DNA of 64,000 nt from Promethearchaeia archaeon (GTDB lineage Archaea > Asgardarchaeota > Lokiarchaeia > Sigyniarchaeales > SOKP01): the NCBI GenBank assembly GCA_029856045.1, contig JAHQWG010000001.1:1-64000 (forward strand), given 5' to 3'. Shown piece after piece: positions 38,877 through 48,705 of the stretch. The number at the start of each line of letters is the position of its first letter. The stretch's first letter is position 1. The translations under genes and the position numbers were made by a program. A model generated the notes under the pieces. It worked only from the letters and a program-made list of their open reading frames with translations. It ran no database searches and was not told where the DNA came from.

Positions 38877-39983
38877 TTATATATTACGATAAAATGGTGT
38901 GGGAACTACTTTTGCTTTAAGAAGTTTATTCCGAATTTCAACGTCAAATTCCGTCCCGATGGAGCTATATTGTATTTCAACGAGAGCTAAGCCAATTGTC
39001 TTTTTAAGCGTTGGTGAGAATCCCCCAGAAGTTACATATCCGATTTCTACCCCATTCTTAAATAATTTATAGTTTTCTCTAATGATTCCCCTATCCAAGA
39101 GATTTAATCCAACAAGAATTCGTGATGTCCCCTCTTTTTTTTGGCGAATAAGAACTTCCTTACCTATAAAATCAATTCCTTCTTTTGGTTTTACAAGCCA
39201 GTTAAGCCCCGCTTCAATCGGGGTTATTGAATTAGTAAGTTCATGACCATACAAGCAGTAACAAGCTTCTAAACGCAAAGAATCACGCGCCCCTAAACCT
39301 GCAGCACCAGCTCCTGTTTTTATAAAAGCATTCCAAATTGTTTCAGCGTATTTATTTTCAAAAGAAATTTCAAAACCTCTTTCACCAGTGTAACCAGTTC
39401 GGGCTATGAATGCAGGAATATCACATAAATTACAAAAAACAAAATAAAACCGATTCAAAGTGGATAAATCTGTATCAACGAGTGGCGCAATTAAGTCATC
39501 AGATTTCGGCCCTTGAAATGCTAATCGACATCTTTCTTTCGAGACATCCTTAACTTTTACTCGAAAGTTTCCTATATGCTTATTAATCCATTGAAAATCT
39601 TTCTCTACATTACTTGCGTTGACAATCATCCGAAATCGTTCCGGACTCTCCTCATAGTAAACTAAATCGTCTACTACAGTCCCATTTTCATAACACATGC
39701 AAGAATATTGTCCTTTTGACTTTTCTAATAATTTTAAATCATTCACCATCAAATATTGAAGGAATGGTATCACATCTGGACCTTCAAAAATAAATTCTCC
39801 CATATGAGAAATATCAAAAACACCTGCGAGCGTTCGAACGGTTTCATGTTCTTTTAAAATGCTTTCATATTGGACGGGCATCAACCATCCAGCAAAATTC
39901 ACCATTCGCGCCCCTAATTTTACATGAGTTTCATATAAGGGGGTTTTTATTTCATTTAGGTCTTCTTTAGTAATAAATTCCAC
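38877..39983 (-). CDS. gcvT: Glycine cleavage system aminomethyltransferase T
   Basis: [27 protein letters not shown]. Confidence 0.97.
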   Translation of the reverse strand: MEFITKEDLNEIKTPLYETHVKLGARMVNFAGWLMPVQYESILKEHETVRTLAGVFDISHMGEFIFEGPDVIPFLQYLMVNDLKLLEKSKGQYSCMCYENGTVVDDLVYYEESPERFRMIVNASNVEKDFQWINKHIGNFRVKVKDVSKERCRLAFQGPKSDDLIAPLVDTDLSTLNRFYFVFCNLCDIPAFIARTGYTGERGFEISFENKYAETIWNAFIKTGAGAAGLGARDSLRLEACYCLYGHELTNSITPIEAGLNWLVKPKEGIDFIGKEVLIRQKKEGTSRILVGLNLLDRGIIRENYKLFKNGVEIGYVTSGGFSPTLKKTIGLALVEIQYSSIGTEFDVEIRNKLLKAKVVPTPFYRNI

Positions 39984-40103
39984 ACCTATTAACGCGTAAT
40001 ATTAATACTGGGTAATAGAATAGTTAGACTTATTTAAATTTTTAGGCAAAATACGAGAGTTATTTTCTTGCACTCTAAATCACTTAATTATACTCTTGGA
40101 ACA

Positions 40104-41201
40104 TTAATCTTGAAGTTTTATTATAATTAGTTTTCCATCTCTAGTTACACAATAAAGACATTTATTCCAAAACGTAAGTCTATTAATTGAAGAGCTAAGA
40201 GTGATCTCTTCTACAATAGTGCCATTATTTTCATCAAGTATAATAAGTTTTCCTTTAGTCGTTCCCAGAAAAATATATTGTAAATTGGTTTGAATTATTT
40301 TGAGATCCTCAATATTAAATCCTGCTTGCTCCCAATCTATCTCAAGGTTATCATTAAGGCAAAGGAGTTTTGATTTGAATTTTAATTTATTTTTAATAAA
40401 ATTATCCTCAAGGAAATCGAAAGAATATGAATAAACTAATGCTTTAGATCGTTTATCTTTATTTAAATAGGATATACTTCCCCAGACATATTCTTCCATC
40501 GGAAGCGATTTAATTATATCTCCATTAACTCCATTAAGAAAATATATTTTTTTATCATCCCCACCACACAAAACAATCTGTTTATTCGAAAAACAGCATA
40601 AACATCTAATATTTCGAGGAAATTTCTTGAACCATTTTATGGAGCCATCTTTTCCATTAAAGATTCTTATTGTCCCATCATTTCCACCTCCAATAAGTTC
40701 GATTTGTCCATCTCCATCACAATCATAAGCTTTAACAATTCCAATTCCACTTTCAAATAATTGACCCCAGATTAAATTACCATTCCCCAGGTTTAAAACT
40801 CTTAATGAGTTATCAAGTCCATAAGCAATTAATTCAAATTGTACGTCATTATTTATATCAGCAATGAAAAAACCAGATACCGAACTTTGGAACTGTTGAG
40901 ACCATAAAAGCTCAACTTCAGAATTTTTTAAATAAAAAACATTTAACAATCCATCCATACCACCTGATATTATTTCAAACTTCCCATTTTTGGTTATATC
41001 GTAAAGCTCGATATCCCAGATTGGCTTATCCTCGGAGATGAATAATTCATGAATAATTTCCCCCTCATTTGAAAGAATTAAAACTCTCCCATCTTCTGAA
41101 CAAACTACTATTTCAAAATTTCCATCTCCGTTAAAATCCCCTAGCTTAACATCAAATAATTGACTTTTAAGATCTTTTTCCAAGATTTTTTCTGTTTTCA
41201 A
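40104..41201 (-). CDS. FG-GAP-type beta-propeller protein (no signal peptide)
   Basis: Repeated D(F/I/C)(N/D)xDG..E(I/L)..G..D blades: DFNGDGNFEI, DITKNGKFEI, DINNDVQFEL, DCDGDGQIEL. Confidence 0.8.
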   Translation of the reverse strand: MKTEKILEKDLKSQLFDVKLGDFNGDGNFEIVVCSEDGRVLILSNEGEIIHELFISEDKPIWDIELYDITKNGKFEIISGGMDGLLNVFYLKNSEVELLWSQQFQSSVSGFFIADINNDVQFELIAYGLDNSLRVLNLGNGNLIWGQLFESGIGIVKAYDCDGDGQIELIGGGNDGTIRIFNGKDGSIKWFKKFPRNIRCLCCFSNKQIVLCGGDDKKIYFLNGVNGDIIKSLPMEEYVWGSISYLNKDKRSKALVYSYSFDFLEDNFIKNKLKFKSKLLCLNDNLEIDWEQAGFNIEDLKIIQTNLQYIFLGTTKGKLIILDENNGTIVEEITLSSSINRLTFWNKCLYCVTRDGKLIIIKLQD

Positions 41202-41343
41202 TTATAAATTCCTACCAAAATTTTGTTTTCTGATATATAAGATATTAATTAATTTTATTATAATTTTAAATTAAATGGTAAATTTACTAATTTAAATTAT
41301 TTTCATATAATTTATTGTTAAAATGGAAATGGTGTATTAAAAA

Positions 41344-41541
41344 ATGTCTTTCTCAATAGATATTGATATGGATAAATGCACAGGCTGTGGTACCTGCTAT
41401 GAGGTCTGTCCTAGTGGTTGTTTTGACGAGCCCGAGGATGGAAAAGTAAATGTTCTTGAAGATATGAGAGACGAGTGCGTAGGCTGTAGGGCTTGTGAGA
41501 CGCAATGCCCCGAAGAGGCAATTGTTATAACAGAAGATTAA
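41344..41541 (+). CDS. 2x[4Fe-4S] ferredoxin
   Basis: CTGCGTC..VCP and CVGCRAC..QCP. Confidence 0.95.
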   Translation: MSFSIDIDMDKCTGCGTCYEVCPSGCFDEPEDGKVNVLEDMRDECVGCRACETQCPEEAIVITED

Positions 41542-41621
41542 GTTATATTACTGAATGTAATTTCAATTTTCAATTTTATTATTTATTTTTTTTATTGATA
41601 TTTTTATTTTCTTTTTTATTT

Positions 41622-42746
41622 TTACCATAATAGGATTCGACCACAAATCTTACAAACTCCTTCGTTAATTTGGATATTTAAACATTGTTCATGATATGGT
41701 ACGCTACACTCTTTGCAAATATAAATCTTTCCCGTATAATTCTCAAAGTTTGAATCACAAAAAGCACAATTTTGACTTGGGGGAAAATTATTTGGGACTT
41801 CTACAATTTTTGAGGTTCCCGTTAAATCCAATCCGGTTGCATTAGAAGTTTCAGTAGCAGAGGGTGGCATTGGGGTTGTAGGGATATTTGTATAATTAGT
41901 TCCACTTTGTATTTGAGAGGGAGCTTGATATGTTTGAGCAAAGTCTTGATATTGAGCCCCAGTAGAAATACCTTTTTTTAATCCAACTTTGTGAGATACT
42001 TTTTCATCAAGGATGTTAGTTAAAATCATTGCAGAGGCGAATTTTCCTTTTGCCTTACCTTTTTGTAAATGTGTATGGGAGATCAAATGAATTACACGCC
42101 CTCCTGATTTCCCATAATCAAAATAGACTAAAACGGGCGCTTCACCCCATTTCTTTTGTAATATTAAAGAAGAAATCAATATTTTAACTGCAGTATAATT
42201 TAAAATGGTTATCGGGAAACTTTTATCTTCTAACCACCAGCGGAAGGATTCCTCAGATTTTTTTTTACCACCCCACTTAGCTGTCTGGAGCTCAATTTCC
42301 AGACCCTCTAAAAATGGATGGTCTGGTTCTAGAATTTGACAAGGTACAACTGTATCGCCAGTTTTTGCGCCGTTCCATTTAATAAATCCAGGAAATATAA
42401 TTTCTACAATACTTCGAATTGCCCAATCTGTTGTTATTAACCAACCACCATTTTCAGCAACATATTTATAAATTCTTGTATGAGCAGCATTAGGGATCTC
42501 GTTGCCCGGACAACCTATCAAAACTACGTCATAATGATTCAGGTCAATTTTCATCACATCTTTTGGTTTAATAACTTTCTTTTCAGATGCATACATATGT
42601 GGAATTATTTTTTCAGGTTTTTCATATCTACCGCTAACAGCAAGAATTTTTCCATGTTTTTCGACAGCTTCTACTACACCTTTCTTATTTAAAGTTTCCA
42701 TTTTGCGTTTTTTTACCTCAGAATAGAGATCTTTCCAGCTACTCAT
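41622..42746 (-). CDS. GATase-like fold protein with low-complexity linker and C-terminal RING/PHD-like zinc finger
   Basis: YDVVLIGCPG..YVAENGGWLITTDWA; T/P/Q linker; CAFC..CKEC..YHEQC..CKIC (C4HC3). Confidence 0.7.
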   Translation of the reverse strand: MSSWKDLYSEVKKRKMETLNKKGVVEAVEKHGKILAVSGRYEKPEKIIPHMYASEKKVIKPKDVMKIDLNHYDVVLIGCPGNEIPNAAHTRIYKYVAENGGWLITTDWAIRSIVEIIFPGFIKWNGAKTGDTVVPCQILEPDHPFLEGLEIELQTAKWGGKKKSEESFRWWLEDKSFPITILNYTAVKILISSLILQKKWGEAPVLVYFDYGKSGGRVIHLISHTHLQKGKAKGKFASAMILTNILDEKVSHKVGLKKGISTGAQYQDFAQTYQAPSQIQSGTNYTNIPTTPMPPSATETSNATGLDLTGTSKIVEVPNNFPPSQNCAFCDSNFENYTGKIYICKECSVPYHEQCLNIQINEGVCKICGRILLW

Positions 42747-42889
42747 ACAATCACTTTAAATTTTTAAAATAAGAGAATATTTTGAAATTGAATTTGATGA
42801 TAATAATAAAGAAAAAATTAAATTAAATAAATTTATTGACAAATAATGGTTTTTCTTCAATTTAATAAAGAATTTACACTATATGGATA

Positions 42890-43972
42890 TTAAAAACAAA
42901 ATTTACCCTCATCCATAAATGCTATTTCTTCAATTAGAATTGTGGGTTTATTTATAATAAAATCGAGATGAATATCGGACAGGACATTTCCTCCAAAAAA
43001 TTTATTTGTTCCAATGGCGATATGACAAGTTCCTTTTATTTTTTCTCCTTCAAGTACTGACTCGTAGTGTGTTGCTTTTGGGTTCGTACCAATTCCTAAT
43101 TCCGCAACATTTCTTCTTGTCTTAATCAAATTAGGATCTTTTTCTGATTTCTTTTTAGCATTTAAATCGACTAAATTTAAGAATTCATCATTAGCACCCG
43201 TTAAAGAAATTAAAAGTCCATCTTTAAATTCGAATATCATATCCTCTCCTTCTTTCGCTCTAACTGACCATCCTTTTTCAATCAACATGGTTCCATTTGC
43301 TGTTCCTTCCATGGGTGCTGTAAATATTTCTCCCGCGGGAAGGTTTCCAAATGACCCTCGTTCAGTATAGAGTCCGTTATCATCCTTTAATTCTCTTCCG
43401 CCCTCCATAATCTTGAAAGTTAACTCCGTTCCTCGTTTGGATGTGATATGCACATTCTTAATTTTATTTGGGTTTATTTCAGAAATAAAGGATATGCCTT
43501 TTTTTATTTCTTTATCGATTTTATTATAATCTGCGGTCATCGAGCCATTTATATCAAACATAAAGGGCTCAAATTCCGGTAATGTTGCTCCACGTGCGCC
43601 AGCATTTGTCGCTTGCATCCTTGTATTTGTATGAGACAATGAATAACTTGTAGGTATAAAAAAGATATCACATGTTTTCAACTCTTCAGTGACAAAATCT
43701 GGAGCGTCAAGTCCTGATTGTAAAACTGAGGGAAATTCACATAATTTCACAAATTTTTCACCATATAATTCTTTAGTAAGATTGAATAACTTTTTTGTAT
43801 ATAGATTTCTATCTTGTATTTGTTTAAATTTCGCTTGTGTAATAGTTTTAAGCATATAATCTTCGGTAAAATCTGATACAAACATTATAGATTCATCCGA
43901 TTTTCGTCTAAAATTGATCTTAAACACTTGGTCTAAACTATTTTTCAAGTGGGTTGAATTATTTGATGCCAT
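42890..43972 (-). CDS. M29-family (thermophilic) aminopeptidase
   Basis: NLPAGEIFTAP, VAELGIGTN, EKIKGTCHIAIG, IHLD. Confidence 0.88.
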   Translation of the reverse strand: MASNNSTHLKNSLDQVFKINFRRKSDESIMFVSDFTEDYMLKTITQAKFKQIQDRNLYTKKLFNLTKELYGEKFVKLCEFPSVLQSGLDAPDFVTEELKTCDIFFIPTSYSLSHTNTRMQATNAGARGATLPEFEPFMFDINGSMTADYNKIDKEIKKGISFISEINPNKIKNVHITSKRGTELTFKIMEGGRELKDDNGLYTERGSFGNLPAGEIFTAPMEGTANGTMLIEKGWSVRAKEGEDMIFEFKDGLLISLTGANDEFLNLVDLNAKKKSEKDPNLIKTRRNVAELGIGTNPKATHYESVLEGEKIKGTCHIAIGTNKFFGGNVLSDIHLDFIINKPTILIEEIAFMDEGKFCF

Positions 43973-44068
43973 TTTTTTCCACAAATAAAAATATTTTTTA
44001 AATTGGAAATATATTTAATTTTAGGATTTTATATTTATAAATCTATTAAGTTTGGATTAAAAGAAAAT

Positions 44069-44581
44069 ATGTCAAAATCAATTCAATCTGGCTCTGAGAC
44101 AATTAAGGAAAAAATTGCTAAGAAAGTTCCATGGATATGTGGAAATAAAATACGCAAACCTAAAGTTCGTTTTCCTAAAATAAAGATAGTCAAAAGATTT
44201 TCTCTTCCTACACCCTCAAAGAATTTAGGTTTAATGGGAATTTACGTATTTCTTTTTATTTTACAGCTTGGAGTTATTTATATCATTTACAGAGAGCCAA
44301 TACCGTTAGGAGCCGATCCAAGTACTGGAGACCCTATGTTTATTTATCCTGATATGCACGATGCTTTTATTATTGAATCGATTGTGGGTTCTATTTTAAT
44401 ATTCATAAGTTCCTCAGGATTTATAGCAATATATCAAGCAACTAAATACACTTACGATAGATCTTTTGCGTGGAGGTTGCTTTTAATTGGAGTTGTTTTA
44501 GCATTAATAGGGTTTATAAGTCTGCAATATATTATTGCTGTTAAGCAAGGAGATATATTGCAAGGAACTAGAACTAGTTAA
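44069..44581 (+). CDS. OST3/OST6-family (OSTC/DC2-like) oligosaccharyltransferase subunit homolog
   Basis: Three TM helices; GVIYIIYREPIPLG...FIIESIVGSIL resembles DC2 GIIYDVIVEPPSVG...QYIMEGLASS; ATG at 44069. Confidence 0.7.
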   Translation: MSKSIQSGSETIKEKIAKKVPWICGNKIRKPKVRFPKIKIVKRFSLPTPSKNLGLMGIYVFLFILQLGVIYIIYREPIPLGADPSTGDPMFIYPDMHDAFIIESIVGSILIFISSSGFIAIYQATKYTYDRSFAWRLLLIGVVLALIGFISLQYIIAVKQGDILQGTRTS

Positions 44582-44696
44582 AGAAAGTGCGAAGATTTAA
44601 TTACTAAGGTTAAAACTCAGATTCTAATTCAATTATATTAAATGAAAATAAAAAGTAAAAAAAAAATAGTTTTTTCGATTGTATTAATTTGATTTA

Positions 44697-45128
44697 TTAT
44701 TTAACGGATGCAACATAATCTGCGGCTGATATTAAATTTCCTTTCTCTGCATCAAGATTTGACGCTTCAACCTTAAATAACCAAGCTGCTCCATACGGAT
44801 CTTCATTTACCTTTTCAGGTTCATCCATTAAGTCAGGATTTACTTCAACTACCTTACCTGATACTGGAGAAAATATATCTCCAACACCCTTCTGACTTTC
44901 AACTGTACAATCCACAGGATCACCGGATCCATCAACATCTTGAGAAACATCTGCTCCGTCTATACCTTCTACGTCAACAAAAGTAATTTCTCCTAATTGG
45001 TCAGCAGCAAAGGCAGTTATTCCAACAGTTACAATATTTCCTTCAATTTTCAACCATTGATGGGCTTTAGAGTATAATAAATTATCTGGAAAATCTAATT
45101 CTTTATCATTAATTGTGGCTTTTACCAT
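44697..45128 (-). CDS. gcvH: Second glycine cleavage H-like lipoyl carrier protein
   Basis: AHQW, QLGEITFVD, VESQKG (lipoyl Lys), DPYGAAW. Confidence 0.9.
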   Translation of the reverse strand: MVKATINDKELDFPDNLLYSKAHQWLKIEGNIVTVGITAFAADQLGEITFVDVEGIDGADVSQDVDGSGDPVDCTVESQKGVGDIFSPVSGKVVEVNPDLMDEPEKVNEDPYGAAWLFKVEASNLDAEKGNLISAADYVASVK

Positions 45129-45217
45129 TTTCTTTCATCTCATTTTGTATTTATTTTTTGTTTTTTTTTATTAGGATGGTTAAAAATAATTTCAGTATTC
45201 ATTTATAATTTTTTTTT

Positions 45218-46024
45218 TTATATGAAGATTTCATCTAAGGTAATTTTTTCTAATCTTATTATTCTCAGAGTTAATTTTTTTATTTTATTAAAAAGTAATT
45301 CATATATGATTGTTAGTGGCATAAAATAACCGATTAAGGCGATTGGAAAGAAAAAGATTACTATTTGTAGAAGAGGCTCTGTTTCAGTAAATATTTTCGC
45401 GAAAGTAAGGTAATAAAAAATTGGAGTGGTTATTCCAGCGTATCCTCTTAAGAGATATTTATAAAATTGACCAACTGAATTTACTTCGGGAGAGAGTCTG
45501 AAGTCTTTCCTTAACCTTTTTATTTCAATGATTCCACAATCGTGAAAAAGCCAAATTGGAATAATTAAAATGGAGCAAAGTGGTGTAGTCAATAATGCAG
45601 CAAACAGAATTGTTGTTGTAGGATCATATCCGATAATTCTTACATTTATTAACCAATAAAAATTCATAATAACTAAACCAATAGAGAGGGATAAAAAACT
45701 AGGTAATAATGTTCGAGTAAAAGTAGGAAAGCCTTTAATTTTTTCACCTTCAAGTATGGTTATTTTAAAATCGTAGTTTCTTTTCAATATTTTAGAGATT
45801 AAGAAATATACTCTAATAAATAAGATTCCAAAAGGAATAGCGATTAAATTGAAGATAAATGGCATAAAGATAAGTAGTATAGCATCGGATAATCCCGCAC
45901 CATAATAAAATTTAGTAAGATCTAAAGTTGGTGGGATGTTTCGAGTAATATAAATAGCAAAAAATAAAGTAACTAATGTAAAAAATAGGGGTAATATATA
46001 TTGTTTTTTTTCTATTATTTTCAA
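45218..46024 (-). CDS. Hypothetical multi-pass membrane protein
   Basis: About 6 hydrophobic segments; no recognised motif. Confidence 0.7.
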   Translation of the reverse strand: MKIIEKKQYILPLFFTLVTLFFAIYITRNIPPTLDLTKFYYGAGLSDAILLIFMPFIFNLIAIPFGILFIRVYFLISKILKRNYDFKITILEGEKIKGFPTFTRTLLPSFLSLSIGLVIMNFYWLINVRIIGYDPTTTILFAALLTTPLCSILIIPIWLFHDCGIIEIKRLRKDFRLSPEVNSVGQFYKYLLRGYAGITTPIFYYLTFAKIFTETEPLLQIVIFFFPIALIGYFMPLTIIYELLFNKIKKLTLRIIRLEKITLDEIFI

Positions 46025-46124
46025 CTCAAAATTAAAATATTATTTTTGTAATAATTCCAAGATAGTTTTATAATTTTTTGTTAATTAAATAAATTTTTAT
46101 AATTCTTATTATGGAAGTATATTT

Positions 46125-46988
46125 ATGAGAGAGAATTTTAAGCCAAATATTATTAAAAGCATCAATTTTTTTTCTGAATTTAAAGAATGGTATTATAAAA
46201 TAATTACAGATTTTAACTTTGATGAACAGAATGATAAGCTTGGCAGAGATTTATTATTAAATATTTTACTTGATAGTGAAAATTATGAAAATTTTCATCA
46301 AAATTTGGAGAATATAAAAAAATTAATCCAAAAAAATAAATTTATAACCATATTTGGATGCGGTCCTTCTTTAGAAAAAACTTTTGATAAAATCTCTCAA
46401 AGTGGTAAAAGTAAGTTTCCAATAAATCAATTAATTATTGCTATAGATGGTGCTGCCGTATTTCTTGATGAAAAAGGAATAAAACCAAACCTTATTTTTA
46501 CTGATCTTGATGGATTTTTACCAGAAAAATTTTCTTATTTTAGAAAACTTTCAAATTATATAGTTATACACGCCCATGGAGATAATGTAGATATTTTAAA
46601 AAGAATATCAAATGAGGTAAAAATGGCGAATAATATTATTGGAACAACGCAAGTTGAGCCAAGATCTATCATTTTGAATCCAGGTGGATTTACAGACGGA
46701 GATAGAGTTCTCTATTTTCTTAAAAATTTCATTCGACCTAATCAAAAAATTTTTTTTATTGGTATGGATTTTGGAGAAGTTGTTGGTCGTTATTCTAAAC
46801 CAGAGTACTCAGAAAATCAAAAAGCAAAACCAAATAAATTAAAAAAACTTCAATATGCTGAAAAATTATCAGAGTGGATCATTAAAAAAATAAAAAATGA
46901 GTTTTATTTCATTAATTCAAAAATTTCATCAAATTATGTTCAGATTATTTCAATTAAGCAATATTTAAACTTCTTTAATATTTTATAA
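46125..46988 (+). CDS. mptE: 6-hydroxymethyl-7,8-dihydropterin pyrophosphokinase (MptE, DUF115)
   Basis: GCGPSL, IAIDGA, TDLDG, HAHGDN, GTTQ, GGFTDGDR, GMDFG..VGRYSK. Confidence 0.92.
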   Translation: MRENFKPNIIKSINFFSEFKEWYYKIITDFNFDEQNDKLGRDLLLNILLDSENYENFHQNLENIKKLIQKNKFITIFGCGPSLEKTFDKISQSGKSKFPINQLIIAIDGAAVFLDEKGIKPNLIFTDLDGFLPEKFSYFRKLSNYIVIHAHGDNVDILKRISNEVKMANNIIGTTQVEPRSIILNPGGFTDGDRVLYFLKNFIRPNQKIFFIGMDFGEVVGRYSKPEYSENQKAKPNKLKKLQYAEKLSEWIIKKIKNEFYFINSKISSNYVQIISIKQYLNFFNIL

Positions 46989-46990
46989 TT

Positions 46991-47929
46991 TTAATTTTTT
47001 GATATGAGGCGATAATCTCTAATACCTTTCTCAGTGATCATAAAAATCGTCTTTCTTTCGGGTAAAAATTCTGAATTAATAATGTGTGCTGATCTTTTGT
47101 TTTCTGCAATATAACTAAATAAAATAAATTCTGAAAAATAATGATTAAGCAATCGAGCTGCGAAGGGCTTAACTGGGAAGAACGACTCTTTCGAGAAGTT
47201 TGGTGAAACTTGACCAATTAAAATTGATATTAAATTATATTTTTTTGTTAATTCGTTTATTTTTTTAAGGATTTTTAAAAATTTTTTTGTTTGAGTTATT
47301 TGATTCATACTATCAATATTTTGATCAGCTCGAAAATGATTTGTTAGGGAATCGATAATAACCAACTTATAATCATAAGTTATTATTAAATCTTCTATCT
47401 TCTCGAAAGTAACATTTAATGCAGTACTTCCAAGAATATTAAGGACATTTATACTCTTTAAAACTCTTTCTGGTTCTAGATTTAAACTTGTTGATAATTG
47501 GTTGATTCTTTCTGGTTTGAAATTGTTTTCGGTATCTAAGAATAATGTTAAATATTGATTTTTCTTGATTAGTTGTTCATTAAATTTTTGAGCAATATTT
47601 GTAGCCAATTGGAGGCATAATTGAGTTTTTCCAGTAGTAAATTCACCAAAAATAAAATAAACAACACCTGGAAAAAAACCACCATTTAATATAGTATCTA
47701 TATTTGTGCTTCCGGAACTTAATGGGTTTGATTTTTTTGAAATTTTTTCTATATCATCTTTTAACCATAATATGTATTTTCCGGTTGATATTTCTTTTTT
47801 TAATTGTATTGTTGATTCGGGTGTTAAATCTAAAATTTTTTGGATTTCTGCATCATTAAGATGATATAAAGTGCTAATATTACTTAGACTGGTGTTTTTC
47901 ACTTTTTTTTTAAGGGTTTTATTTATCAT
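46991..47929 (-). CDS. RadA/Rad51 paralog
   Basis: SSGSTNIDTILNGG, Walker A GEFTTGKTQLC, DTENNFKPER, Walker B IIDSL, GIRD. Confidence 0.85.
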   Translation of the reverse strand: MINKTLKKKVKNTSLSNISTLYHLNDAEIQKILDLTPESTIQLKKEISTGKYILWLKDDIEKISKKSNPLSSGSTNIDTILNGGFFPGVVYFIFGEFTTGKTQLCLQLATNIAQKFNEQLIKKNQYLTLFLDTENNFKPERINQLSTSLNLEPERVLKSINVLNILGSTALNVTFEKIEDLIITYDYKLVIIDSLTNHFRADQNIDSMNQITQTKKFLKILKKINELTKKYNLISILIGQVSPNFSKESFFPVKPFAARLLNHYFSEFILFSYIAENKRSAHIINSEFLPERKTIFMITEKGIRDYRLISKN

Positions 47930-48071
47930 TAATCCAAAATAGTAAAGTTAAAATTTAATTTTTAATAATTTATAAAAAAATCAGTTTATTAATTTATTCC
48001 ATTTTTATTTTCTATTAAAAATCTGGCTTATAATTTTTTGAGTAAGAAGAACCTAATCGAGATGAGGAAAC

Positions 48072-48689
48072 ATAAGTAAAAAGCGCAAAGAATTGTGTCC
48101 ATATTGTAATCAAGAATTTATATACCTCTCCAGGCACAAGTGTAAAGTTAAGCAACGACTAGAGAGTGAAGATGAGGAAACGGAACAAGATCGAAGACAA
48201 ACAAGATTAGAATTTTTAAGAAAAGAAATAGGTAGAAAATTAAAAAAAGATGAATCTGCAATTCTCGAAATAATTAGACAAGAAGGCGAGTTGTTCATAG
48301 AAGAATTAAAAGAGAAGGGAAATATTTCCAGCGACAGGATTGAAAGTATTTTAGAAACTTTAGAATTAAAATCAAAGATAATGGTTCAGAGAGAGTTAAA
48401 CGCTGCGAATTGGACGAAACGTATTTCATATATCGAGGATTTAAGAAAAGAAACTGTTAAAAAGTCAGAAAAACTTGATAAACGAAAGGAGGATTTTGTT
48501 TGGGACATGGTTTGGCGTGTACCTTGTTTTATTTGTCCTTTCATAGACAGATGTGACAATGCTCAAGTAAAATTTAATCCTATGTTTTGTACCTGGTTTA
48601 CTGATTGGATCTGGCATTGTTTTGAAAAAAAAAATTTTCTAAATCCCTTTGAAGGAATGGGAGACAATTTTTTTGATGATGATATTTAA
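48072..48689 (+). CDS. RPC34-like / TFE-beta-like transcription factor (WH + Fe-S cluster) with N-terminal Zn finger; probable ATA start
   Basis: CPYC..RHKC, winged-helix-like core, C-terminal VPCFICP..DRC..NPMFC.WF.DW; in-frame ATA after GATGAGG SD. Confidence 0.72.
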   Translation: MSKKRKELCPYCNQEFIYLSRHKCKVKQRLESEDEETEQDRRQTRLEFLRKEIGRKLKKDESAILEIIRQEGELFIEELKEKGNISSDRIESILETLELKSKIMVQRELNAANWTKRISYIEDLRKETVKKSEKLDKRKEDFVWDMVWRVPCFICPFIDRCDNAQVKFNPMFCTWFTDWIWHCFEKKNFLNPFEGMGDNFFDDDI

Positions 48690-48705
48690 AGTATTGAATT
48701 AAATA

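Noticed and set aside
39984-40103. Glycine riboswitch upstream of gcvT
   Set aside because: No recognisable aptamer motifs and too little room.
46991-47929. Calling this the main recombinase RadA
   Set aside because: Too divergent: altered Walker A, no clear FxxA motif, degenerate L1/L2 regions.
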